From NCBI GenBank assembly GCA_000004985.1, contig GG738929.1: 64,000 bases of DNA. One strand, given 5' to 3'. Of the stretch, positions 1 to 11,000 are shown piece after piece (within the stretch, counting starts at the first letter, position 1; each line of letters opens with the position of its first letter). The notes under the pieces are model-generated. The model saw only the letters and a list, made by a program, of their open reading frames with translations. It had not been told where the DNA came from and made no database searches. Source of the stretch: Naegleria gruberi. Lineage: Eukaryota. Made by a program: the position numbers and the translations under genes.

Positions 1-784
1 TTGAAAAACTTTAATCTTAATATCAAACCAGGTGATGTAGTAGCTATTGTTGGTATGAGTGGTAGCGGAAAGAGTACTATTTTATCATTGCTCAGCAGAT
101 TCTACGACGTTGACAATGGTTTAATTACAATCGATGGGGAAGATATTAGAGGATTGGATGCTACATGGCTCAGAACACATATTGGTGTTGTTTCGCAAGA
201 ACCAGTATTGTTCGATATGACTATTGAGGAAAATATTAGATATGGTATTCCAGAAGGAGTTGAAGTAACAATGGAACAAATTATTGAGGCAGCCAAGAAA
301 GCTAACTGGTAAGTTGAACAAACACAACAATATGTTATAACTTTTAATCAGTCACGAATTCATCATGTCATTCCCAGATGGTTACAATACAAGAATTGGT
401 GAGAAGGGAATGGGTTTGTCTGGTGGCCAACGTCAAAGAATAAGTCTCTGCAGATCTATTCTCCTTAATCCAAAGATTTTGGCATTGGATGAAGCAACTT
501 CTGGTAAGTTTTAATATTTGCATTTTGAAAACTAATATCCTGTAGCTCTTGACAGTGAAAGCGAGCATTTAGTTTCTAAGGCATTAGAAGAAGTTATGGC
601 AGATAGAACTGTCATTATTATTGCACACAGATTGAGTACAATCAAGACAGCAGATTATGTAGTTGTTTTGGATGAAGGTTCCATCAAAGAAGTTGGTACT
701 CACGAAGAATTATTGAAGAATGATGTTGATGGAATTTATCATAGATTAGTAACTAGACAAATGGTTGGAGCAACAAAAAATTAA
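1..784 (+). CDS. ABCB/MDR-type ABC transporter, C-terminal nucleotide-binding domain. The 5' end is cut by the window edge. Exons are 1..308, 352..503 and 546..784.
   Basis: Walker A (GMSGSGKST) is present, followed by the signature [11 protein letters not shown], Walker B (ILALDEATS), the D-loop and an H-loop ([10 protein letters not shown]). The two introns begin GTAAGT and end CAG/TAG, and both restore the conserved frame. The stop TAA lies at 782-784. Confidence 0.85.
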
Positions 785-804
785 ATTATTATTTTAATGT
801 AAAG

Positions 805-2413
805 TTAGTGATCTTTTTTAGCTCCTTCTATTACTGATTCACATTTCCATTTCTTTTCCTCGAAATTATATTTCCACAAACGAACTGAGCCATCATCTCC
901 ACTACTAGCAAGAACAGTTCCACTCAAATTCCATTCAACTTTCCAAACTTCAGAATTGTGTTTGTGTGTTTCATCAATGTCCATTAACTCGATAGATTTC
1001 GTTTCAGAGTTGAGTTTCCAAATTCTTACAGAGCCATCCTTAGATGCTGATGCAATTAAATCGTAAGATCTTCCTAAATTTGGAGCCCATGATACGTCAT
1101 GAATTGGTTGTGAATGACCAATTAAAGGAATGACTTGAGTAATATTTCCTTCATTCACAACAATGGATTTCAAGGCTACAGAACCTGGTGTGTATCCAAC
1201 TAGTTGTGAGATATTTTGTGCATTAGGAATAACCTGTGACGGAATCCATGCTTGCCATTTTCTATTTTGTGTATAGTGCCAAATTCTTAATTTACCATCT
1301 TCACATCCAATAACCATCATTGGTTCTTTAAACCTATATGGACACCAACTCATACAGTGAATTTTTCCTCCATTATTAGCATCAAAATCAAATCCGATAC
1401 TCCAGTGAGCAAGATTCATCACATCAAAAGCTTCATAGACACGAACTTTCCCTGATAGAGAGCATGTAGCAAGCTTTAACCCCAAGTGCTTCGGTGCAAA
1501 TTTAATATCTACAACATCATCAGTGGAATCGACAAGAGTTGCCTTCAAAAGCCAGGATCTTCTCGATGCATGAGGATTATTCACAGGATTAGGTGATGTA
1601 TTTTGAACAGTAGAATTATTGACCATATTTACATTACCACCAACCATTACACTATTCAAGTTGGTAGAACTGGAAGAACTTGGCAAATTACCACTACTTG
1701 ATGAATGATCCATTCCTCCACCAACAATTACTCCATTTGAAACTGGTGATGTATTTCCATCAACTCCATCATTGGTAGTTGTGTTTGAAGTTGATGATGA
1801 ATTTTGAATAATATTTGATGTTGAAGAAACAACTCTTTGAACAGTACTAGATTGATTTGATGAAGGTTGTCCAATAATTCCTTGTGATATAACCAATGGT
1901 GCTAAACCACTAGCAGGTCCTGTATTTGCAGGCGGTTCTTCCCAAATACTAACAGTATGATCATAGGAACATGAAGCTAAAACTTGTCCGAATTCTGGAT
2001 GAGCCCATTCAACTTTCCAAATACTTCCATTATGTGCTTTCCAATCATAAACACATTTCCAGGTTTTTGATTTACTTGGATCCGAATATTGATGATTAAT
2101 AAGATTATTATTTGTATTAGGACTCTGTGATGAATTATTCACGGTAGCAACATCTACTTTATCCCAAACTTTAATATGATGATCACTGGAACAAGAGGCA
2201 ATACGCTCTCCATAGAAATCATACTTTAGATCGTGTAGATAATAATTGTGTGTGCTGGGAAATGTTTCAACAATCCTCTAAAAAGCAATACATAATAAAT
2301 ATATCATACAACAACATCCAACAAATTACATAAAAACATCATTATCACCATATAAAATCCGATCAAGATGATTAATTTTCCATCAACACATCAACCAATA
2401 AAAAACTCACCAT
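805..2413 (-). CDS. SEH1: Nucleoporin SEH1-like WD40 protein with a long S/N/T-rich low-complexity insert. The main exon is 805..2277. A tentative 3-nt first exon (ATG only, 2411..2413) is followed by a GTGAGT donor.
   Basis: The translation HDLKYDFYGERIASCSSDHHIKVWD...WKVEWAHPEFGQVLASCSYDHTVSIWEE...KFAPKHLGLKLATC...SWCP...ASASKDGSVRIWK...EVWKVEWNLSGTVLASSGDDGSVRLWK follows SEH1 along its whole length. The reading frame stays open upstream of the track's M and ends at a TTTTTAG acceptor at 2278/2277, so a 5' exon is required. Confidence 0.72.
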
Positions 2414-2617
2414 GATTATTTTGCGATTTTATTTTGAGCGTGTTTTTAAACTCCGAATTTTTCGTCGTTTCATAATCGCAATCTTCAAGTAAAACAAAGC
2501 ATATTATTACATCATGTTGAAAATAAGATATTAATAGTATCCAATTAATATTAATTATTATCAATGTGTTTAATAGAATCAAAGATTATAATATTGGATT
2601 TATCATCTTGAAAAAAA

Positions 2618-4254
2618 ATGAAATATTCGAAACAACAGTCAACTCGCACAGTTGTAGGCTTGATTGTCCTTGTACTGATGTTGTGTTCTTGCTGCTGGTT
2701 GGTTGTTGCCAATTCTACTACACAACAACAACAACAACTAGAAAATTCCATAACCAAACACGATTTGAAACTCTTGAAAATCTTGGCCAAGTTGTCAAGA
2801 GGAAAATTAATGAAGGAATTGGGTGAAAAGTTTACTCACGACAATACTATTCTTGCTGGTAAGTGTTTTTATTAGAGTTGTGGATGTTTAATTTATATAT
2901 AATATTTTGTAAAGATTATAATTTTGTCAATGGAATGAAAGATATTCTTCCACATATGAAAGTAATCATCAAGACTGTTGTTGTTGGAAGTAACATGACA
3001 GAACCAATGGTTGTTAAGGAACAAAGAAAGGAATTTAATGGTGAAATGAAAAAGTATTTGCCAGAGATTTTTGGTAAATTCAAGAATGTTTTTGGAAACT
3101 TTGTAAAGGATTTGAGTTCTGACATTAATTTTACAATGCCAGAAAAATCATTGTGGAAACAATTTTTGAAAATTTCCAGAAGAGCTCACAAGCAATTTGT
3201 TAAAGGAAAGTGGAATCATTCTGTAAAAGAAGTCAATAATAAGGATGCTCTCTACTGGAGACAAGTTAAGGATATGATGAAGCAATTCAAAACATCAAAC
3301 GAAACTAATGTTCCAAAGAAATCATCTTCTCAACAAGAATTTAAAACAGTCGATGAAAAACAATACTGGAAAGATGTTTTGAAAATGATCAAGGAATTAA
3401 AGAAAGATTCCAAGCAACCTGTTGATGCCAAGAAGGAAGAAGACAGAAAGTATTGGAGACAAGTTAAGGGCATGATGAAGGAATTCAGAAAACCACAAGA
3501 TAACAAAAAGGAAGAAGACAAAAAGTACTGGAGACAAGTATCTTCTCTTATCAAATCATTTGGTAAAGATCGTATGAAGAAACCTTATGGTTTAGTTGAT
3601 GAAAAGAAAGAATCTGATCGTACATATTGGATCAACGTAAAGAGGATGATTAAAGAAAACTTTGAATCTCCAAAGAAAGAAACCTCTCCAAAAGATGTTG
3701 CTTACTGGCGTGATGTTCACAAGATGATCAAGGACGTCTCCATCAAGAAGAAATTGGATCAAGATCGTGAGTTTATTTCCAAGCCATTGGAAAGAAAATT
3801 GAGAAAGTGGTCACCATCTCACAGAGTTCTCAACAAAAAGCTCAGAAAAGAAATGAAACCAGCTCTCAAGATGATCACTTTAATCTCCTTCCAATCATCT
3901 GGTAATTCCACAAAGGAAATTTCAAAGAATTTGAAGCAAGTATTGTACAATGTAGTTCCATACCTCAAGGAACATGCCAAGAAGGGTGGAAAATTGAACA
4001 TTTTACAAGTAACACCCCTCATCAAGGAAGGTGTTAAGGATATGATAATCAGAGATACCAAATTAATGGGAAGCACCTTTAGAAAGAATATGTGGAATTT
4101 AATAACAAAGCTCAACAAACACATCTTTGAGAATCCAACCTCTTTCAAAATGGAGGGATTAAAGTTGCCATTCAGCATGTTGAAGAAGATGAATAAGACA
4201 ATCAAATCTATTAGAAAGATTGACGATTTTGATATGCTTGCTGATTCTCTTTAG
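2618..4254 (+). CDS. Predicted secreted lysine-rich tandem-repeat protein. Exons are 2618..2858 and 2915..4254.
   Basis: The ATG at 2618 is followed by a hydrophobic, signal-peptide-like stretch (VVGLIVLVLMLCSCCWLVVANS). A GTAAGT donor at 2859 and a TTTGTAAAG acceptor at 2914 join the two track ORFs in frame. The product carries six copies of the motif xYW(R/K)(Q/D)V..M(M/I)K.(F/L), spaced about 25 aa apart in a K/E-rich background. Confidence 0.6.
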
Positions 4255-4344
4255 ATAATAATACATTAATTATTTCTCTCAGTCAAATCCACAATCTTTC
4301 TTATAGTTATGATCTTCATCTTCTGTTGGATAAAAGTAAAAGCA

Positions 4345-4417
4345 ACTCCCCCTGGTGGGCTCGAACCACCGACCTGCAGATTAACAGTCTGACGCTCTAC
4401 CGACTGAGCTAAGGGGG
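4345..4417 (-). tRNA. tRNA-Asn (anticodon GUU)
   Basis: The 73-nt cloverleaf has a 7-bp acceptor stem (TCCCCCT/AGGGGGA) and a D-arm GCTC/GAGC. The anticodon loop CTGTTAA carries U33 and A37. The T-arm is GGTGG-TTCGAGC-CCACC. There is no intron. Confidence 0.85.
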
Positions 4418-4532
4418 ATTACATGTACTAAGAATGGTTTCCACTAATATACAGACAAACGTCACTTTAATCAAATTTGTTAAATTTATTGTGGGAACAT
4501 TTACTGAACTCTGATTACAAAATTGAAAAAAA

Positions 4533-4994
4533 ATGTCAATATTCAATTTGCACCCTCTTAGTTTGCTCCCTGTTTTATATCATCTATTGCCGTTCATGAA
4601 TGATAGGAGCATACACAGACTTGCACAATGTTCCTCCGATTGTCATGAATCTATTCGCAATATTAAAAGACGAGAATTGTATTATTTAATTGATGAAGGA
4701 AATAAATTGGTAGGTGATCCGATGATAATAAGAAGTATCGATCAAGTGGAGTGTATCAATGATCCTGAAAGTATTCGAATTTCTGCAATGATTGATAGGA
4801 GAGAGGCAGAATTGTCAATTATATTTCCATCGTATGTGAAGGATTTTTTGCAAATTTGTGGAGATTTGGATTGTAGATCGAGATGGGATGATTTTTATCT
4901 TCATCCATCTAATATGATGCTTCCTTTTGAGGATTGGGAGTTTGTTTCAAATTCTCCATTAAAAACCAAGAAAGTGGATCAATCAACATTTTGA
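4533..4994 (+). CDS. Hypothetical protein with an N-terminal F-box-like motif. It may be the 5' part of the next gene.
   Basis: A real ATG at 4533 opens a 153-aa ORF. LSLLPVLYHLLPFMNDRSIHRLAQCS loosely resembles an F-box. No splice joins it in frame to the ORF starting at 5014. Confidence 0.35.
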   Translation: MSIFNLHPLSLLPVLYHLLPFMNDRSIHRLAQCSSDCHESIRNIKRRELYYLIDEGNKLVGDPMIIRSIDQVECINDPESIRISAMIDRREAELSIIFPSYVKDFLQICGDLDCRSRWDDFYLHPSNMMLPFEDWEFVSNSPLKTKKVDQSTF

Positions 4995-5040
4995 AAGGTG
5001 GCAACGAGAAAAATTGCTAGTGATTGGGTATTTAAAAACA

Positions 5041-6360
5041 ATGAGGGCATGTTTGGTGTTGGAAACTGTGACAGGTGTTTTGTACTGTTTTAAATTTAAT
5101 AACTTTACCAAATTACTGAACTTTACCAATTGGTATAAATCATTCCCAACACAAATAGGGAGTAAATTAAGGAAGAGAATTGATAAATTCAAAGAGGAAC
5201 AAATTTTAGAGACAAAATATACAAACAACACACCAATTGTATCAACAGGAAAATATAGATACCTGTCAATGGAAAGGAAAAAGGACCACAATATAATTCA
5301 TAATGTAATGCAATCAGGTTATATTGAAAATAGCCTTCCTTTTGAATATAGAGATAATCCAGATTTCATGTTAGAGTATATAAGGAGAAATGTTGCTGCT
5401 TTTCTTATATGTTCAAAAAGACTTAAATTTGATCCTAGTTTTGTAGAGAGAGCTAATGAAATTGATTTCTGCATGGCATATATTAATGATTCTAGAAATT
5501 GGAATAATACTATGAGATTTAAATATGGCAAGGTTGTAAATATAGTGGATGATTTTCTTGTAAAATATGTAGAAGGAAGACAGATAGTTCAAGTTAATAA
5601 TAATTACAACAAGAAGGAAAATGAATCACCACCTCCAATTAATGGAAATCCACTAATTGCCAATCATAAACCAGCCATGGTAAGAGTGAAAGAAAATGGA
5701 CTCTACTTAAAGTATTGCACCGAGGAATTAACATCCAATAGAGACATTGTATTTACAGCAGTTCAAAATAATGGAATGGCTCTCTCTTTTGCTCATGTAA
5801 AATTCAGAGAGGATGTTGAGATAGTTAGAGAAGCCCTTTTCAATAATCCATATTCTATTCGATTAATTTCTACATCATTTCTTGACAATAATGAAGAAAT
5901 TATTCTAAATTTTATGGCTAGAAACTTGTGCAACTTTGAATACTTAATTCCTTCCAAGTATACTTCAAATTTCGACCTGATGAGAAAGGCCATTATTCTC
6001 AATCCTCACAATTATTCAAGAACATATCCACCCTCAATAACTCTTTCACTTAATAATGAAAAAATTAAGACACTAAGACACGATAAGGAATTAATAATTC
6101 CCTATATTTGGTTTAATCCAAACAAAATACCGGCATTAATGAGAAAACTCCCAATCGAATGCATCGACAGGGATGTAGTCTTGGCTGTCATACTTGCACC
6201 AAACAATTTCAACTGTTTAGACAAATCATCTGATTTTATATTGAGGAGAAAGATGAAGTATAAAGAGATTTTAGATATTAAATACAAGTTCTCCACCAAT
6301 ATACTCATCAACTCAATCTCAATATCAACAATGAAATCAACCTCAATTAATCAAGTTTAA
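5041..6360 (+). CDS. DUF4116-like repeat protein
   Basis: The first ATG of the long ORF is at 5041. Its repeated units (NRDIVFTAVQNNGMALSFAHVKFREDVEIVREALFNNPYSIRLI...) match the repeat style of the gene at 50328..52301. Confidence 0.5.
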   Translation: MRACLVLETVTGVLYCFKFNNFTKLLNFTNWYKSFPTQIGSKLRKRIDKFKEEQILETKYTNNTPIVSTGKYRYLSMERKKDHNIIHNVMQSGYIENSLPFEYRDNPDFMLEYIRRNVAAFLICSKRLKFDPSFVERANEIDFCMAYINDSRNWNNTMRFKYGKVVNIVDDFLVKYVEGRQIVQVNNNYNKKENESPPPINGNPLIANHKPAMVRVKENGLYLKYCTEELTSNRDIVFTAVQNNGMALSFAHVKFREDVEIVREALFNNPYSIRLISTSFLDNNEEIILNFMARNLCNFEYLIPSKYTSNFDLMRKAIILNPHNYSRTYPPSITLSLNNEKIKTLRHDKELIIPYIWFNPNKIPALMRKLPIECIDRDVVLAVILAPNNFNCLDKSSDFILRRKMKYKEILDIKYKFSTNILINSISISTMKSTSINQV

Positions 6361-6505
6361 CCTTAAAAAAGAATGGCACTTTTAGGAGTATTGTTAAATT
6401 GGCTTTTCACTACCATGATAAATATTACTACACAATGTAAATTTCACAATTTACCAATTTATTTGATATTATTATTAAATTTACCCTCATTACAATCTCT
6501 CAAAA

Positions 6506-7972
6506 ATGTCGTCACTCGATTTAGCAGAGGATTTTACTCTCCAACCATCAACGATGCTGCTAGTAGTCGACAAGTACATGTTTTGTCATATCATTTCCTT
6601 CATGCCCTATTTCTATCAATCAAAATTTAAGCGATTAAACAAGTATACCTTAAAGTGGATCGAGTACAATCAAAAGTATTTACTCATTCAGAGGATATTA
6701 AAGTTCACTTCATCAGAGGAGATGAAGAAGAAACATCCCGATTATTATGAACATATTGTAAAGGATTCAAATAGAGTTCTTTTGGAATTGGATGATTTGA
6801 AACATGTGGAGAGGGAGGATTTTGTTAAATGTGATTTATTTTCAATTATGGAAGATCCAGAGAAATTATTGGAATTTATCAAACAATTTTATTATCTAAA
6901 TGATAAGAGATGGCTATTGTATTGGAATAATGTTGGAGATGCATATTTCTCTCAGAAAACAATCTATGATACTGACATGTTGTTTGATAGAAAGTATGAG
7001 GAAGCATTTCAGTTGGAAGGAAATGTAACAATGTTGGATGAGCAAATTGCCAGACATTTCTTTATTAACTTGACAGTAATTGGTGTAAAAACTCTATCAG
7101 TTCCTCTTCCACAATATTTGGACACGCTGTACATGGTAGGGATAGCTGGCGTGGAGTTCTTATTTAGTAGTTTGGAACCCTCTTCAGGAGAGCCATCAAC
7201 GTATTATCATCTGTTTCACAGGGCAATTCCATTCTTTACCAATTGTTTCACAAGTGTCAGGAAGAAGAAAGGCATTAAGAAAATTAGAAACTGTGTACCT
7301 TTAAAGACCAATATTCAATCAAGGAAACGAGCTGAAAAGTATTTGTTACAATGTGCACAGGCCCACAATGTTCATCCTTCCCTTATACCACTTGGAGAGC
7401 TTTTCGTTTATTCCATGTTTGACAAGGAAAAGAAATCTCAACTCAATTGGGAAAATGCTGTATATTTCTATGAAAAATCTATAATATCAGTTTGTGAAAA
7501 GTTGAGAAATGCAGCTGTTGGCAAGGAAATGGACATTACTCAATTTTTATTCACACCAATATTGGAAATTGCAAGAAAAACCTATCTTTCTGAAAAAAGT
7601 GAATCAAAATTTTTAACCTCACTCAATCTATTTCACCAAGACGGAACTGTAAAAGAAAATAAGGAACGATTGGAATATCTTTTAAAGTTTGTGGATCAAG
7701 AATGTTTTACTAATCTTTCTCTTCCAATTCTGGTTAGAATTCTCGATTCTGAAACCAAGTCAAAATTCCAGAAATTCTACTTACACACAACACTCCAAAT
7801 CAAGAAATTCAAATTGGAAGATTATAAACTATACAGTTGGGAGAATGATGTTATGAATACTGCTTTAACATTCATGCCCAAGAAAGAAGAGCTACCCAGA
7901 CCAGCAGAAACCAATTCACAACAAAAACCAACAAAGCAAAAGAACAAGTTCACTAAAATAAATGTAGACTAA
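6506..7972 (+). CDS. Hypothetical protein, 488 aa
   Basis: The ORF starts at an ATG and is not low-complexity. I recognise no domain. Confidence 0.45.
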   Translation: MSSLDLAEDFTLQPSTMLLVVDKYMFCHIISFMPYFYQSKFKRLNKYTLKWIEYNQKYLLIQRILKFTSSEEMKKKHPDYYEHIVKDSNRVLLELDDLKHVEREDFVKCDLFSIMEDPEKLLEFIKQFYYLNDKRWLLYWNNVGDAYFSQKTIYDTDMLFDRKYEEAFQLEGNVTMLDEQIARHFFINLTVIGVKTLSVPLPQYLDTLYMVGIAGVEFLFSSLEPSSGEPSTYYHLFHRAIPFFTNCFTSVRKKKGIKKIRNCVPLKTNIQSRKRAEKYLLQCAQAHNVHPSLIPLGELFVYSMFDKEKKSQLNWENAVYFYEKSIISVCEKLRNAAVGKEMDITQFLFTPILEIARKTYLSEKSESKFLTSLNLFHQDGTVKENKERLEYLLKFVDQECFTNLSLPILVRILDSETKSKFQKFYLHTTLQIKKFKLEDYKLYSWENDVMNTALTFMPKKEELPRPAETNSQQKPTKQKNKFTKINVD

Positions 7973-8006
7973 AAGAGGTTTGAATTAAAATATTTTACAA
8001 AATAAT

Positions 8007-11000
8007 TTAGAGCAATTTTCTCAGCTTTTCCTTAAGAGATTCACCAACAGCATCACTGTTATTTTCCAAGAAGGAAAGCAAACCATCACAAACTGAACCT
8101 AAATTACCTGAAGAACATAATGAAAGAATATCTTGCTTGACCTTTTCACCTCTCAATGTAGCAATGGCTTGTGTAACAGTTTCCTTATTATCTTCAATCC
8201 AAGACAAGAATTCTCTATCGTTAGTCCAAACTTGTTCATTATTGATGACCTTTTGTCTGAGGATTTCTCTCTTGATAGATAACTTGTTTGATTGAGCATC
8301 TACACATTCACTTAATTCCTTCAACAAATTGAATTCGAGAATCTTTCTCTTCAATCTCCAGTAGAAGTAAGTTCTAGCAGTCTTCCAAGAAATGATTTCG
8401 GTAATAACACCCTTAGCCTTCATTCTACCTGGAGTATCATGGAGATCAGCAAAACATTCAGCTACTTGAGTATAAATTGGAATCAACTTTTCAACTCTCT
8501 TACCCATCTTGACCTTGATTTCATCCTTTTCCTTCAAAGAAATGTCTGATCTTCCCAATTCCTTGGCAAGGTTAATATATTCAGCATCCAAACGTTGAAT
8601 AGTAGCAACAATTTCTTGCTTTCTGTACTTAATTTCAACAATACCAGAAGCTTCCAAAATACCACCCTTGGACTTATCATCAGCAAACATTTCCATAACA
8701 TCATTATTGATCATTGGATCAACAACAACCCAAGCACCACCTCTCAATTCACCATTTGGTGGAATGTAAACAAAAACTGGTTGCTTGTAATTGGTCAAAG
8801 CATCAACAATGTAAGAACCAAACTTGAGGATTTCATCAAACATATCTCTTTGACCACCAGAGAAACCTCTCCAGTTAGCAAAGATCATGAGTGGCAATTG
8901 TTCTCCCTTGTTGAAATCATTGATTGCTTGAGCAGTCTTGAATGCAGAATCTGGATACCAGACTTGGCCAGATTTTTGAACTACTCTTTCTCTAGAGTTA
9001 CTATCAGCAGGATCAGCAGGAATAATTTGTTCATAGGTCTTTGTGTCAACAGCAATAACACCCATTGGAATACCACCAAGTCTAGCACGAGCAACAATAA
9101 TATTCTTTGCCCAACCAGTCAAAGTTTCAAAGAATGAGTTCTTATCAAAGAAACCACTCAACCATGTTGATTCTCCATTTTCACCTTCAACAGTCTTACC
9201 AACCAACATTTCTCTAAAGTCATAGTGGCTACCTTCAACTGGGAGGTATTGAATTTGACGTTCAGGATCATCAAGAGTCTTCAAGATTGGAAGTGCAGAA
9301 CCAACTGACTTTGGAACATATGACAACCACTTGAGAGCATCCTTGATAGCAAGATAGTCATCCTTAGCAATCAAGTGAGTGACACCATTAGGATTCATGA
9401 TTTGAATACCACCCAATTGCAAATTACTGGTATAAACTTCTCTAGACAAAACCTTATTCAAAGCACCAGCACCAGTGAGCAAGATAGGAGCTTTTCTATT
9501 TTGAATAATTCTTTGACCAAGACGATTAACATAGGCACCAATACCAACACTTCTTGCAGCAATATAATTCATAGTGAAAACTTCTTCATAGGCACGAGAA
9601 GTTTCACCAGCAATCATACCAGATCCTCTCAAATTTTCGACACCAATACCATTTTCCTTACCAATAATGTCAATAATCTTCCATCTCTTTTCTCCGTTAA
9701 CTTCAATTTCAACAGCATTGACAGAGTTGGTCTTTTGAAGTTTTTCGTAATCATTTGGAGTGAGGTAAAGATATTTGAAGCCCTTAGTGCTATCATTTGG
9801 TTCGTTCCATTCAATCTTGAATAATTCTCTGACTTCATCAGCCAAACCAATTCTAGCACCAGAGTTGGCAGCAATGTAGAATCTTGGAATCTTCAACTTT
9901 CTAGCCATTTCACTAGCCAATTGGAATACTTCATCTTCAATAACACCAAAAGAACCAGATTGATATGTGATATCGTTGGCAATTAAAATCATATCTCTGC
10001 CATCCTTAGCTTCTGGAGTGAACAAAGTAACCTTCCAAACAACCATACCACATGTATTCTTACCTATAGCATTCTTGACTGGATTTTCAATCAAGAATTT
10101 GCCAGTTGTATCGAGAATATATTCAGTAAGACTGATGAAAGTGCTTGGAATGTCTTCCTTAGTCAAATCGTTATGTTCTTTCCACATGGAACGAACAACT
10201 CTTTCGAACAAGTATGGGAAATCATAGACATAGGATGTATCATTGTTGTGAGCAAGAACTCTCTTTTGATCAACAGCTTGGAGAATAGGGTGAGGAATAT
10301 TAACATCCAAACCTTCCAATGGCTTCTTTTCACCAACAACAGTCTTGTAAACGGTTCTACCAGTAGTTTGATCCTTTTCTTCTCTGTAAACGTCCAATGT
10401 AAGATTGTAACCAGTGTCATCAAGAGCAATGAATCTAAAGGTTTGTGGTTGAGAGGTTCGGGAGAATTTAGCAGTGAATCTAACTTCAACTTCACTAACT
10501 CTCAACTTCCACAATCTCTTACCATAAACCTTTTGGAATCTTTCAATAATTTCACCTACCATATCTGCCTTGACAACAACTTCAGGTAAGAAATTGACGA
10601 AAATGTGATTAGCATAACTAGTTGGGTAATTCTTATCAGCCATAGCAATTTCCAAAGCATTGATTGAGGCAACAACATATCTTTCAAGTTCTGAAATTTG
10701 CAATTCTTCAGGATTTTCTTCAGTGAAGATATCACCTTGCAATACCAAAGTACGAACGAAGAATCTCTTATTCAAGAAATCATATCTATTCAAACCAAGC
10801 TCCTTCTTCTTTTGACCATAGAAAACGTGAACAGATGGATCCTTACATGGGTATGGAGTAATGTTATAATTAGATAATTTCTTAAGGAAAAGTTGGAAGG
10901 CAAGTGTAGGTTCAATATGTCTGTACATTGGATCTTCGTCATAGTTGAATCTTTGTCTGAAAGTAAAGTAGAATGGCAATTTATCTTGAACTTCAACGAC

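Noticed and set aside
2391-2826. Short ORFs at 2391..2582, 2551..2790 and 2566..2826
   Set aside because: They overlap or flank the predicted first exon of the secreted K-rich gene in other frames or on the other strand, have C/N-rich low-complexity translations, and lack homology.
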